Assembly: GCF_033153115.1 (NCBI RefSeq)
Contig: NW_026889796.1
Coordinates: 4,650,001 to 4,714,000, forward strand
Length of the DNA: 64,000 bases
Source: Saccostrea echinata
Lineage: Eukaryota
Direction of reading: 5' to 3'
The notes below the pieces were generated by a model that was given only the letters and a program-made list of their open reading frames with translations, did no database searches and had not been told where the DNA came from. The first letter of the stretch is position 1. Every line of letters begins with the position of its first letter. Position numbers and translations under genes: made by a program. This document shows, piece after piece, positions 50,120-61,341 of the stretch.

Positions 50120-52789
50120 TTAATAATAGATTTTATAATCATAACGTAGTTAACAAACTCACACAACAGAAAGTAGAATTACTGAAAAATACGCACGATT
50201 CATACTGAGTATAAGTATGATTGACAATTTCACAAACTAACGAGAATACATTCATATTTATGTTCCTTTGTTATTGTTGCAAGTCTGAAGCCAAGTCAAC
50301 TGAGCTAGTTTTTTGATGGATAGAAGAAAATAACAACAGTATTGAAAGTGAAAAAATGTCATTTATTTAAGTAAATGACGCAAAACAAAAATACACATAG
50401 TAAGGGGGTCAGAAGAGACTAGAAAAACTTCTAAGAACACAAAAATCTTTGGCATCATATTATGCAAACTGACCCCCTTTAAAATAAACATACCATAAAG
50501 CAGGCACTGATATGCGTGCCATCAAAAAAGGGTGGGATAAAACAAAATGAACGCCACAATCCAATTGCAAATTGGATCCACCCACCCAAGGTCATATTCA
50601 TGGACATTGTTAAGTTGCGATTGAGGAATCCGATTCCGAAGAAATGTCCGAGCTGCATGTTTAGATTTCCTATCTTTCTACTAAATTTTTATGCTAAAAA
50701 ATTTTATCCATTACTCTTTCTCCCTCTCTCTTGCGATTACTGCCCTTTGTTCTCTTGCGTGTAATGTCTAACTTTAATATGAAGAGGAATACATAATATT
50801 AGAAATCATTACCTTTATGTTAGTTTTATAATGTGCAACAAATAAAAATATAGTCATCCTTTTTTCTTTAAAAGTTATAGTTTTGGAAACCTACCCAAAT
50901 AAATTTGCGTGAAAAAATGGACGATTGATATGAAATTTCTATCTCGTAAATATCTGATTTTCTATGAATAAAGTCTCAAACTTCTTCTCATAAAAATATA
51001 GGGAAGATTACATTAAGATTTTGCGAAAAAATAACACAGAACTAAATCAACATGCCTCTGACCTTCGATATCAAGGGCACAAAAAGTGATTAGCTCAAAA
51101 TATTTACCAATGTCTTTTGTCGATTGTTAGTGTCGACAAAGTCTTTAAGAAAATGAGGCTTTTTACATAAAAAAAAAATGATTGCTTAAAAAAAGAGATG
51201 TTTGATATACCAAGAATTGACAGAAGTTTATACACGTTAGTATCGTCTATCCCCTTTCTAGTTACATGTAAAAAAAAATAACCAAAAGAAAAAAACAGAA
51301 TGTTGCATTATGAAAAAAGCTTCTCAGTCTAATTTGCATAATTTTTTCCTGAGTATGATTGGCAATATTAGCATATTTGAAGTTGCGTGTACTGCAAAAA
51401 TATAGAACTGTACAAAAAAGTATTGTAACACATTGTGTTAGAATCAAGTACCATGAGAGATTCGTACATGTATAAGCGTATCTATAGTGGCGAGTTTTGA
51501 AGGGGTTACGGGGTTGTAACTCTTTAAATTTACAAGTAACCTATAGCGAAAAAAATCCTTCTGGCCATGTACGTCTTTCCTATAAACAAATTAAGCGTTC
51601 TTGCTGTCTGAAACGAAGTTTAAAAATATAAAAGAGTTTTTAGGATGAAAGTGAAAATAAATCTTCTTTTCCTTTCACCGAAAATCCTCTTATAAGAATT
51701 TTATTTACATAATGCATATGTGCATTGTAATGCAGGTTGTTTTGAATTCATTATGATTTACAGATTTTATCTCCATAATGTTACATGGCTTGAGGGGGGC
51801 GGTATGAGCGACAGAGGCAACGTTGTTACAATTTTTAAGCACACATTTGCATGATACTCTTTTTTTTTTATTGAATGTCTCTACTGCTTAATGGAATGAT
51901 TGTAATATTCCCTGAAGTATGGCTAAGGTCTGTTATAAGGTGAACATTTACTCAAATTACACTGATGGCCTAACGGTAAATCATTTAACGCTATCCATTC
52001 AAAAGCTATGGTTAATAGAGTAGAACCATACAAGTAAAGGTTACATATAGGGTTTATTAACAGTACGCATTTGAATAAAGCACCAAACGAACATTCATAT
52101 GCAATGAGAAAATATGACATACCGGGTAATGCGTAGAACAACGAGGGAGTCATGTTGCAAATGCATTTTGGCTAACATTCAACGCAACGACACGATATCT
52201 GAACAGGACAAAAATTATAAAAATATAAAATTTAAGTAAGGTGAATGCATACAAGGGTAAGGGATAGTGAATGTCAAAGCCTTATTACATACTTGGTCAA
52301 ATAAAGAATATTTTATAGACATCATCTCAGCGTGCGGATAATTTAGATACTTTTCCTAACGGTACAACAAATAATATCCAACTGGGCTTTAAAGCTGACA
52401 TATCATGCATGTTAGTAAACATATAAGTATTGTTCTTCAAGCATACAAAATTCGTCTTCATTAAATACGCGGACAAACAACGCAATGATCTAATTGTGAA
52501 CTGGGAAGCAGTATTTTCTGTTGTGTGAAGTTATCGCCCGTATAATTTTAAATTGCATTCATTTTTTACATTAATAAACATTTCTGCTAAATCCATTTTA
52601 AAGTAAAAAGATCAAGAATAAACATTTTATAATATATTTTAAGATAACGATAAAAATTTTCTATTTGTTATAGAATAAGTATTTTCCCCATTATTTTTTA
52701 TTGTAAAAACTATGGAACATCTATGTATTAAGCATATATATAATTTATTTTAAAAGTGTAATTGAATCAGACGGACAAGAAATAAATAA

Positions 52790-53425
52790 AGAGAGAGGGA
52801 GAAAGTGGGGAGGGAGGCAGGGAAAGAGAGAAAGAGTGGGGAGAGAGAGTGTGAGTGGGGGCAGAGAGATAGAGAGAGAGGAGAAAGAGTGAGTGGGAGA
52901 GAGGGTGAGAAAGTGAGTGGGAGAGAGAGAGGGGGAGGGAGTAAGTGGGAGGGAGAGTGATTGGGGAGAGAGAGTGATTGGGGAGAGAGTGGGAGGAGAG
53001 AGAGATGGGGAGAGAGTGAGTGTGTGAGAGAGTGTGTTGGAGAGAGAGTAGGAGGGGAGAGAGAGTGAATGTGTGGGGAGAGAGTGAGTGGGGAGAGTGT
53101 GTTGGAGAGAGAGTGAGAGGGGAGAGTGAGTGGGGGAGAGAGAGTGAATGTGTGGGGGGAGAGAGAGTGAGTGGGGAGAGAGAGTGAGTGGGGGACATAG
53201 TGAGTGGGGAGAGATTGAAAGTGAAGAGGGGGAGAGGGAGAGAGAAGTAAATGGGGAGTGGTGAGCAATTGGAGAAAATGGGAGAGTGTATTTGTGGAGT
53301 GAGTGGGTGGGGAGTGAGAGTGGGGAGTGAGTGAGTAGATGGAGGGGGAGAGAGAGTGAGTGGAGAGTGAGGAGGAGAAGAGTGATAGCAGGCTGAGGGG
53401 GAGAGATTGGAGAAAGAGAGAGTGG
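52790..53425 (+). repeat. Purine-rich (GA/GGGA/GTGA) low-complexity tract
   Basis: About 630 bp almost devoid of C on the + strand. Confidence 0.9.
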
Positions 53426-53689
53426 TGTTTCAGTTTCATGTTAAAGTTATGTTATGTTATTTTTAATTCTCTGGTATGGGTACTTCAAAATTTACTTATT
53501 TTGACCCGCTTGATATCATACTTGTAAATTTCTTCTACTTGTATGAAACAAGATATTTAACTTGAATGTGTTGCAAGTTAACTTGAATGCATTTTTGATA
53601 ATGAGAAATCATGGAGAGATAACCGTGCCACAATTTTTTAAATTTTTTTTTTATGTCATTTTATTTAACGATATTTAACGATTAGTTCT

Positions 53690-54536
53690 TCCAAACTTCT
53701 TTCTTTTCTCCTCACTAAAATATTAAAGGCAGTGAAGGAGAAACTTCAGGAGTACTGTGCAACAATATATTCGAGAAGTTGTGTAAATCAGATGTGGATA
53801 CTTAAAAATTCCAAGGAACTTTTGGAGAAATTTAAAATCACAAAAGTTTACCAAAATAACATACAAACGTACGAATTTTCAACTCTTTATACAACCAAAT
53901 TAAAGTCCAGGCTTTTTTTACATTGTTGATAGCTGCTTTTTCAATAAGAATGGAACTCAAACATTTATTTAGCTTGTCATTGGTCATTTACTAAATTATT
54001 TTGTTAAAAAACATTCTGATTGTAAACATAAGTACTCTGAAGTTGATATTAAAAAGATATTTGAGTTTCTGATTGACTATTTCTATGTGGTTTTTGGAGA
54101 CCAGATCTTTCAACAATCTGTCGGAACTCCTATGGGTACCAATTGCGCCCCGTTATTAGCAAACTTATTTTTGTGTTCATATTATGTGTGCTGTGGCCGT
54201 CATCTCGACATTTAGATATAATTATCGACGACATATTATCAATTAACAATAGTTATTTCCATTCATATGTCGACACGATATATTGCCATTAAAGATACCA
54301 CACATGTGTTTCATACCTGCACATTTTACTAGAAAAAGACGTTAATTGTAACCTAACAACAAAGCCTCATGATAAATGTGATGACTTTAACTTTTCAGCT
54401 GCATACGGGGTTTATATCTCTCAGCTGACTCGTTACGCAAGAGCATGTCCTATGTATGAATAATTTCTAAAAAAAAGGTAAGTTATTGACAAACAAGTTG
54501 ATGAAACAAGAATATCAACAGTCTCGTTGACCTTGT

Positions 54537-54588
<52 letters not shown>

Positions 54589-54838
54589 TCATTAATTATA
54601 AGTCAAATGCTGACTCTCATTTTTCATGCTGAATGTTAGGCCATTATTTACACACTGATTGTCGATTGAATTTTCCGTTATTTTCTGATGTGTGTGACCG
54701 GTCGGCAGGGACGCTCAGTTCTCCATGCCACCTGATCCCACCTCTGATGTTAAAGAGGTCCTTGTTTGCTCTGCTCCTGATTTTTATTCTTTGAATGGAC
54801 TTTTGACTGAATACTGTTCTTTACCACCATATTTCATG
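53690..54838 (+). mobile_element. Decayed Penelope-like retroelement (RT plus 3' tail)
   Basis: Broken frames give QMWILKNSK, YEFSTLYTT, GTPMGTNCAPLLANLF and AYGVYISQLTRYARAC. Tail GTGTGACCGGTCG..CACCTGATCCCACCTCTG..TACTGTTC..ATTTCAT recurs at about 39165-39250 and 60195-60356. Confidence 0.8.
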
Positions 54839-55606
54839 ATATGAATTATTTTCCGCTCATGGCATGCGGGGATCTAGATGGGCTTCGGTGTTTAAGGTCC
54901 CAGCCGAAAGACCATTGACTTTCAATGCCAAAGGAAAAGTCACTTTCTACATATATGTTAAAATATCTAGGTTTGGCACGGCACAAGAAAAATTGGACAA
55001 TCGTCTAGACTTTACATTTGTAGACTTGTGAATTGTCTTTGTGTTTTTTTTTAAAGAGCTCGACAATATAGATAGCAGAAAACATATAGAGGGATGGAAG
55101 GATAACTTTCAACGCAAGCAAGTTTAATGTCTTGTTTATTACAAGTAGACGAAGTGTACAAGTATGATATCAAGCGGTGCAAAACTACATTAAATTCTGA
55201 AGTTGTATGTTCGGAACTACACGCTAAAAATAATGGGAATTACCTACTTACATGTGTAGACTATGAACCTGCTACAATTGCAAGTTCAGATTTACAAACT
55301 TACAAGACTGGATATTTGAACACGATTACCTTCCATACTTTAGCACCAATCAGAGAGATCACACTAAAGCGACATTTGGGAAAATGAAAGTAGGTGTGGA
55401 GAAGATCTTATCGTTTCGTACAAAACAAAGAGCTAAAAAAATATGGCAAAAGCAAATACAAAATATATTTCTACAGGAAAGACTGGTCTTTCTTTTGACA
55501 GGCGACGGAAACCAGGTCAAAATCTAAATTTCTGTTCGTGTATCATCGGGGCTTTCACTTTTGAGACTGATTTCCAAGATACTTCTAAATTCTTGCAAGC
55601 AAACGT

Positions 55607-56410
55607 TTGATTGGATAATTGAAAGGTCACCAAGAGATGACCCTGAATGGGGTTTCTTCAAATCCTTGTGTAGCGATCTATATGAGCGGATTTTAGTAAG
55701 ATTGCATTACCCCCTTAATATCCTTTAAATTTTTGTTTCTTTTTGTTTTTGTGTGTTTGTGGTTGTGTTTTGTTTTGTCTTTTTCTGCAAACCTTTCCAG
55801 TAAAGAAACTAAAATACAAACCGGTACATTGCGATTCGTTGACAAACTAGAATGTTCCAAGGAACACATGTGTCGCCTGCTTTGTGCTTTCCTTAAATAT
55901 GTAAATAAATCTTAGTGGTCAGCTATAGTTTACTATTAGCATGATAGTTTATGCATTCGCCTGCAAAGAAAAAATGGCATCATTTGATTAGTATAAGATT
56001 GCATTAGAATCTGACACTGTTGATCCCTAACCCTCAAATAAATAATTAAATAGAAATTATTAGAAATAACTACTAATATTTACATTTGCTGTGTTTTTCT
56101 ACTAAGCCAAGTGTAAAATTGATTTGAAAGTCATTTTTGTGAATACTCACGCGTAGAAATATACACGGTGAAACTCGCGCTAAAGTGACGTCACAATGAG
56201 GCTACAGAGACGTTAATAAATATGTAACGATATAGGGCAGCAAGAAATTCAAATACTGAGTATATTATTGGTGCTTTTAAACTTGTAAAATGTAAATATA
56301 AGGAATGTTTTTAAGTTTAGTGTGAATTATTGGTGTGTAAATATGCCTACGTGACAAGTCTGTGTGATTTACACAGCAATAACTCACACAAAACTTAAAA
56401 ACATTCCTTA
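55607..56410. mobile_element. Element with terminal palindrome (Crypton-like architecture)
   Basis: Hairpin 56299-56410 (TAAGGAATGTTTTTAAGTTT...AAACTTAAAAACATTCCTTA); TGATTGG at about 55609. The left boundary is uncertain. Confidence 0.45.
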
Positions 56411-56759
56411 AATATCTATAAATTATTAATACGTGTTTCATACAATCCTCAAAAAAGATTTCTGTCTGTCTTTACTGCAGTATTGTCAGTCTACACGATC
56501 CACGTGGAATACCAATCCCGATGCATTTTCATAGTATTTAAATATAAGTTTATATGGTAAGCGAATATGATACAGTTTCAAAGCACTGTATCATAAGCTC
56601 AATGTGTTTCCAACAATCTTCCGAAAGAGATTTCAGTTTGTCTTTACTGCAATTGTCAGTCTACATAATCCATATGAAAGGATTGTAATGCTGATATTTT
56701 TCATAATATCTTATGAAAAACAGTGCACATGTTAAATATCATAGACTTACCTCTTAAAT

Positions 56760-57005
56760 GTCAAAAATATTCCGTATATCCGCACTACGATCTATTTTTG
56801 AAAAGTAGGTCAAAGGTCAAGGGTCACAAGGTCAGTAACCATGGTTATTTACAAAAGATACAATGCCAAGCAATATATACTGTATATGTGCAAAATATCA
56901 AATCCGTACCTCTCACAGTTCTCGAAATAATGGGTGTGACAGACGGACAGAAGGACCGGGTAAATTGATCCCTAAGTGCAGCTCTGCTCTGCAGGCGACA
57001 CAAAA
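56760..57005 (+). mobile_element. HINE-like right end with one satellite-like monomer
   Basis: AGGTCAAAGGTCAAGGGTCA, then GACAGACGGACAG, hairpin TGCAG..CTGCA and an A-run. Confidence 0.5.
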
Positions 57006-57440
57006 ATGTAGAATTGTGATACTTTTCTTAAGACCGATATGCCACCAAAATGCTTGGACTTCTGATTTCTTAAAAAAAATTTGAAATTTACGATGTCAGA
57101 AGTTAAAGATTTCAATCCTTCCAAACAGTTAGGTCGTGTTGTATGGTTGCATTTCGGTGCAAATCTGTAGTCAAATGAACAAGAACGTTTTTGTTAAAAC
57201 ATTCATAATAACTTCATAAATGGAGGTTAATAAAACAAGAAAAGATCATTTTAACTGTTTTTGAATATATTACAATACATATTGAAATACATTAAATATA
57301 TCGCAGTATATCGCAATACGAAATTCCCATCCGATACCTCGCCCTATTGTTGAATTATCACAGGACCTGTATTGACGGAGCACGTCGTATGTTTACCTGG
57401 TGTGATAATCTCATTGGCTATATATAGGAAACCTCTTTTA

Positions 57441-57781
57441 GATTGATTGATTGTATATTGTTTAAAGTCCCGTTCGAGAATTTTTCACTCATATAGAGAC
57501 GTCACCATATACCGGTGAAGGGCTTCAAATTAAGACCTTTACTCGGCACTCAGGGCCATTGAGCAGTGAGGGATCGTACCAACGCATACCGTGACACGGT
57601 GCCTCGGTTTTTAAGGTCTCATGCGAATGTCCCGCAACCTCCACTTCAAAGTGCCAAGTGCTTGGCAAAGGAACAGTTGCTACCTATTTTTCATCGACTC
57701 AGGTCAGTCGCGGCCGTGATTCGAACACACGACCTTACGACCACGGAGCGAGCGCTCTACCGACTGAGCTACCGTGACGGT
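57441..57781 (-). mobile_element. Full-length tRNA-derived SINE
   Basis: A-box GGTAGCTCAGTCGGTAGAGC, B-box GTGTTCGAATC, shared core and (CAAT)n tail. Confidence 0.88.
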
Positions 57782-57814
57782 AACCTCTAATAGAATAAGA
57801 ACAGAAAAATTTTG

Positions 57815-58050
57815 ACGTTCGCTTCGAATTCGTGATAGGGAGGGCCGGGTTCGATTCTCGTTTGCTGTGCCGCGTCAACCGTAAAACGTTTACATAGTTA
57901 GTATTCTAAATGTTCCTACGCCAAGCGCCTTTCACTAGAAACCAGGGTTCTTTCGGTGAACTCTTATAAACCGAAGTCCCGTGTCACAGTAGGCGTTGGT
58001 ACGATAAAGAAAAGTTACTGCTGAATGGCCTTGGGTGCCGCGTTTAGGTT
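57815..58050 (+). mobile_element. Older diverged SINE of the same core family
   Basis: B-box GGGTTCGATTCTC and core CCCGTGTCACAGTAGGCGTTGGTACGATAAAGA. Confidence 0.7.
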
Positions 58051-58291
58051 TCAAATTAAGAGCTTCAATTTATATACATGTATACACTCATGGGAAGCAA
58101 GCAAAAAGAACATACCACATACATTGTATATGATGATAGTATTAGGAAGTGGCGTTAAGGAAGGAGAGTGTACTTTGCTCCTCAACATACATTTGAGAGT
58201 ATAAAAAAATCAGGAGACGCAGTTATCTCTGGGCCTTCGCCGACCCTCCTCTAACCTGGGATGAACGCGTATCTCATTTCTAAAAGTTTTA

Positions 58292-58463
58292 CAGTAAAAC
58301 TTATCTAATCCGGACACTACTGGTTCCATAGAAAATTGCAGGATTAGACAACATTCCGGATTAGCCAACATTTAAAACAAATGAATTTACTGATATGGAC
58401 TTAAAGTTAACATCGTATTAAGCAAGATTTCGGATAATACATCCGAATTAGACAAGTTTTACT
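58292..58463. mobile_element. Tc1/pogo-type MITE
   Basis: TA|CAGTAAAACTTATCTAATCCGGA...TCCGAATTAGACAAGTTTTACT. Confidence 0.6.
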
Positions 58464-60194
58464 TATTTATATAATATAGTTAAAAAGCAGGGGGTCGGAT
58501 ATCTATGGAGGTCATTTTTCAACGTGTGTGGAGTCGTAGAATTACCGGCCTGCATGAAGGGTTTTCTATGGTCGAAAAATGACCATGCCTGCAGTAGAAT
58601 ATTGGCCAGGGGTAACTTTTTCACGTAGACATTTGACACACACACCCCCGGTCAATATTCTACGTGGGTCACTTTTCGTCGTTACACCGGTAAGGAATAT
58701 TTGCCAGTTTAGAATATTTTTTGTATTTTAATTCTCGAGAAAAATATAGTGACGGGTTTAAATTTTTTGATACTAGGTAAAAACAATGAAAGGATGAAAA
58801 TTCTATTCCAGTGTAGTGTCTTTAGAACATCTGCATTATTATTTTCTACAATATTTACAATTTGAAACAATGACACAGATTTGAACACGCGCAAGTCATA
58901 GAAAAATGAAAATATGTAAACAAATGCGTCTAAATCAAAATTTCTGGTGTGTTGTCAATCCAGGTTGAGTATGCTTTCATCATTTAGGATAATTATAACA
59001 AGTTAAACTATTAAAATAATATCCAAACTAGCCACTTGTTGTTTTCCTAGTTTCGAATCATGAGTTTTCAACGTTCGGAAATTGTCGTTTTACGGGATGC
59101 AAAAACATGAAAAGCTGGCAAAAGTGAGGATATTACCAAATTAAACAAATTACAAGCAAAGATATTACATGTGTGAAAATGTGTGTCAGAGATGGTTGAT
59201 ATCATTTTAATAAAATATATCACGAAAAGATTATCATAAAATGCAAAATTTTTCATACTGTATAGTTTTAGAAAAGTTGTTTATTTAAACAAACAAGTAA
59301 TGTTTATATATTTTATGTAAAATGTTCTTAAAGGCTTATCTCAACAATAAATTTGATCCGCCGATTTTATTTATAGGGCCAGCAACAGTAGAGGGCACTT
59401 GATTCGATACTGAAAAATGAATTCGAAACTAGGAAAAAGGGAGTATACCATTCATATTTTGGAAATTTTGGTACTTTCATTTGAAAAGCAAAGGAATACA
59501 AATTACAATAACCAAAAACATTTAGAACTTCATCTATATAGACCGAAATGACGACTTAACAACAAACCGATTCGCTATACCGACAAAACGACTATATATG
59601 CAGAGTAAAAGGCGACAGTATTTATTCAAACGGAAATGGTTTCTCAGTTAAATCGTTAGACATACGTTGGTTCCAAGTCTGTTAAACACTATTTTTCATT
59701 TAATTTATTATTATTGAAGTATGTCAGAACTGCCGAGGTACAGGTGCAACACTTACAGTAATATATGTATACTGATTTAAAAGTCCTGGATAATCCTTTC
59801 TGAGTAATAAATAAACCTCGGCTATTATAAACCTCTTTTTTACTGTTACAAGACATGAATAAGGCAAACGCTTGCAGAGGGTACATAGAAAAGATTATTC
59901 ATTAAATTTAGCAAAAACAGATCTGCATAAGAAAGTCCCTTGGTTTCAGAGGAAGGTAGTATACCACTGAGGGGGGAGGGGAATGCCTGGATGATGCCTC
60001 TAATGTTGCAAGACAAGGAGATATCCGTTGACCACAGTCAGTGGTTATCTTATCAAGAAGAAATCCTTAATTTGTATTAGATTTTTATAAAAAGTGGTCA
60101 ACAAACCTAAGTTTGCAGGCTGCCAGACTCAAAGTAAAAAGCCACGGTGAAAGAAGAAAACAACTACGAGCGGGGCCGCATTGCACGCTACATT

Positions 60195-60356
60195 ATGAAA
60201 CAGGTGAAGATAATGAACAGTGACGATCTCAAAAAACCTACAAACAATACATCTGTGAGCAGGGCATAAAAAAGGACCCCTAAATATTCCAGATGTGAGA
60301 TCAGGTGCCTAGGAGGAGTAAGCATCCCCTGACGACCTGTCACACTTGCCGTGAGC
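60195..60356 (-). mobile_element. Solo 3' tail of the Penelope-like family
   Basis: Reverse-complement similarity to about 54690-54838. Confidence 0.6.
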
Positions 60357-60836
60357 CCATGTATCGATCAGGTAGATGGAGTAATCTTAAGACAAAATAA
60401 GTATAAAATATAAAAAATAAAGACCCAACAATTGGTTTGAAATATGTCAGTCAAAATACGACACAATGATAGGATGTATTTGCTAGCAAGATCAAAGAAA
60501 GTATAAAATGCTAACTTTTAGGTCTGTCGCGGCTGGGTTTGAATCCACAACCTTCTGATCAAGCGTTTTTCCTATCGCTTTACCGACTGAACTACCGTGA
60601 TTTTTTGTCGATGAAAGATATGGAAGAGAAGATAAAGATTTACCTCTTGTCACCGTTGTGTCAAAGAAAAAGATTTAGATAAAGTGAGGTCAGTGGACAA
60701 GTGTATGCGTTACGTTCTTGACGGTCACTGTGGAAATGCTCTCCTTTGAGATTGACATTATTTATAGACAATTTGTACAGGAAATGGTAAGATTATCTGT
60801 TTACAAGCTATGATATAAAGTAGCCAAGGACAAACA

Positions 60837-61062
60837 ATGATTGAGCTCTGCTATAATGTCAGCACAGCCGAACATTTTGGCGTGAGTAAGACACTAGCTG
60901 GAATTAAACAAACTTTCTTTGGCATGGTTTAAAAGCAGATACAAGAATATGCTTAGCAGGGTGTGAAAATGTTGTAAGAGAAAAGGCCCGAAAATGAAAA
61001 GAATACAACCTATGGAGCTCGTCGAAAGTAGAATATCCATGGGCAGGATTGCCACGAATATA
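60837..61062 (+). mobile_element. Gypsy-type integrase relic
   Basis: TAEHFGVSKTLAGIKQTF / WHGLKAD..C..C / PMELV..MGRIATNI resembles the HHCC zinc finger and the start of the integrase core; frameshifted and cut by a SINE. Confidence 0.55.
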
Positions 61063-61063
61063 T

Positions 61064-61341
61064 TTGATTGATTTATTGTATGTTGTTTTACGCTCAATTC
61101 GAGAATTTTTCACTCATATAGAGACATCACCATATACCGGTGAACACGGCTTCAAATTTTGACCTTTACTCGGCACTCAGGGCCATTGAGCAGTGAGGGA
61201 TCTTTATCGAGCGCCGAGCGCATGGCGAAAGAACAGTTTCTAACCATTTTTTATGAACTTAGGTCAGTCGCGGCCGAGATTCAAACTCACGACCTCCCGA
61301 TCACGGAGCGGGCGCTCTACCGACTGAGCTACTGTGGACGG
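61064..61341 (-). mobile_element. tRNA-derived SINE with internal deletion
   Basis: A-box AGTAGCTCAGTCGGTAGAGC, B-box and tail match the 57441 copy; most of the central core is missing. Confidence 0.85.

Noticed and set aside
52750-53439. 229-aa and 143-aa Ser/Leu/Pro/His-rich ORFs
   Set aside because: Products of the CT-rich low-complexity strand, which lacks stop codons.
50360-55432. Possible minus-strand spliced unit (55432-55330, 52198-52123 reading ISCRCVEC*PKCICNM, 50652 onward)
   Set aside because: The candidate internal exons have stops in all frames and the last acceptor is weak; it cannot be distinguished from chance without RNA data.
57715-57781. tRNA-like sequence (also about 61275-61341)
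   Set aside because: These are SINE heads continuous with the SINE core and tail, not stand-alone tRNA genes.
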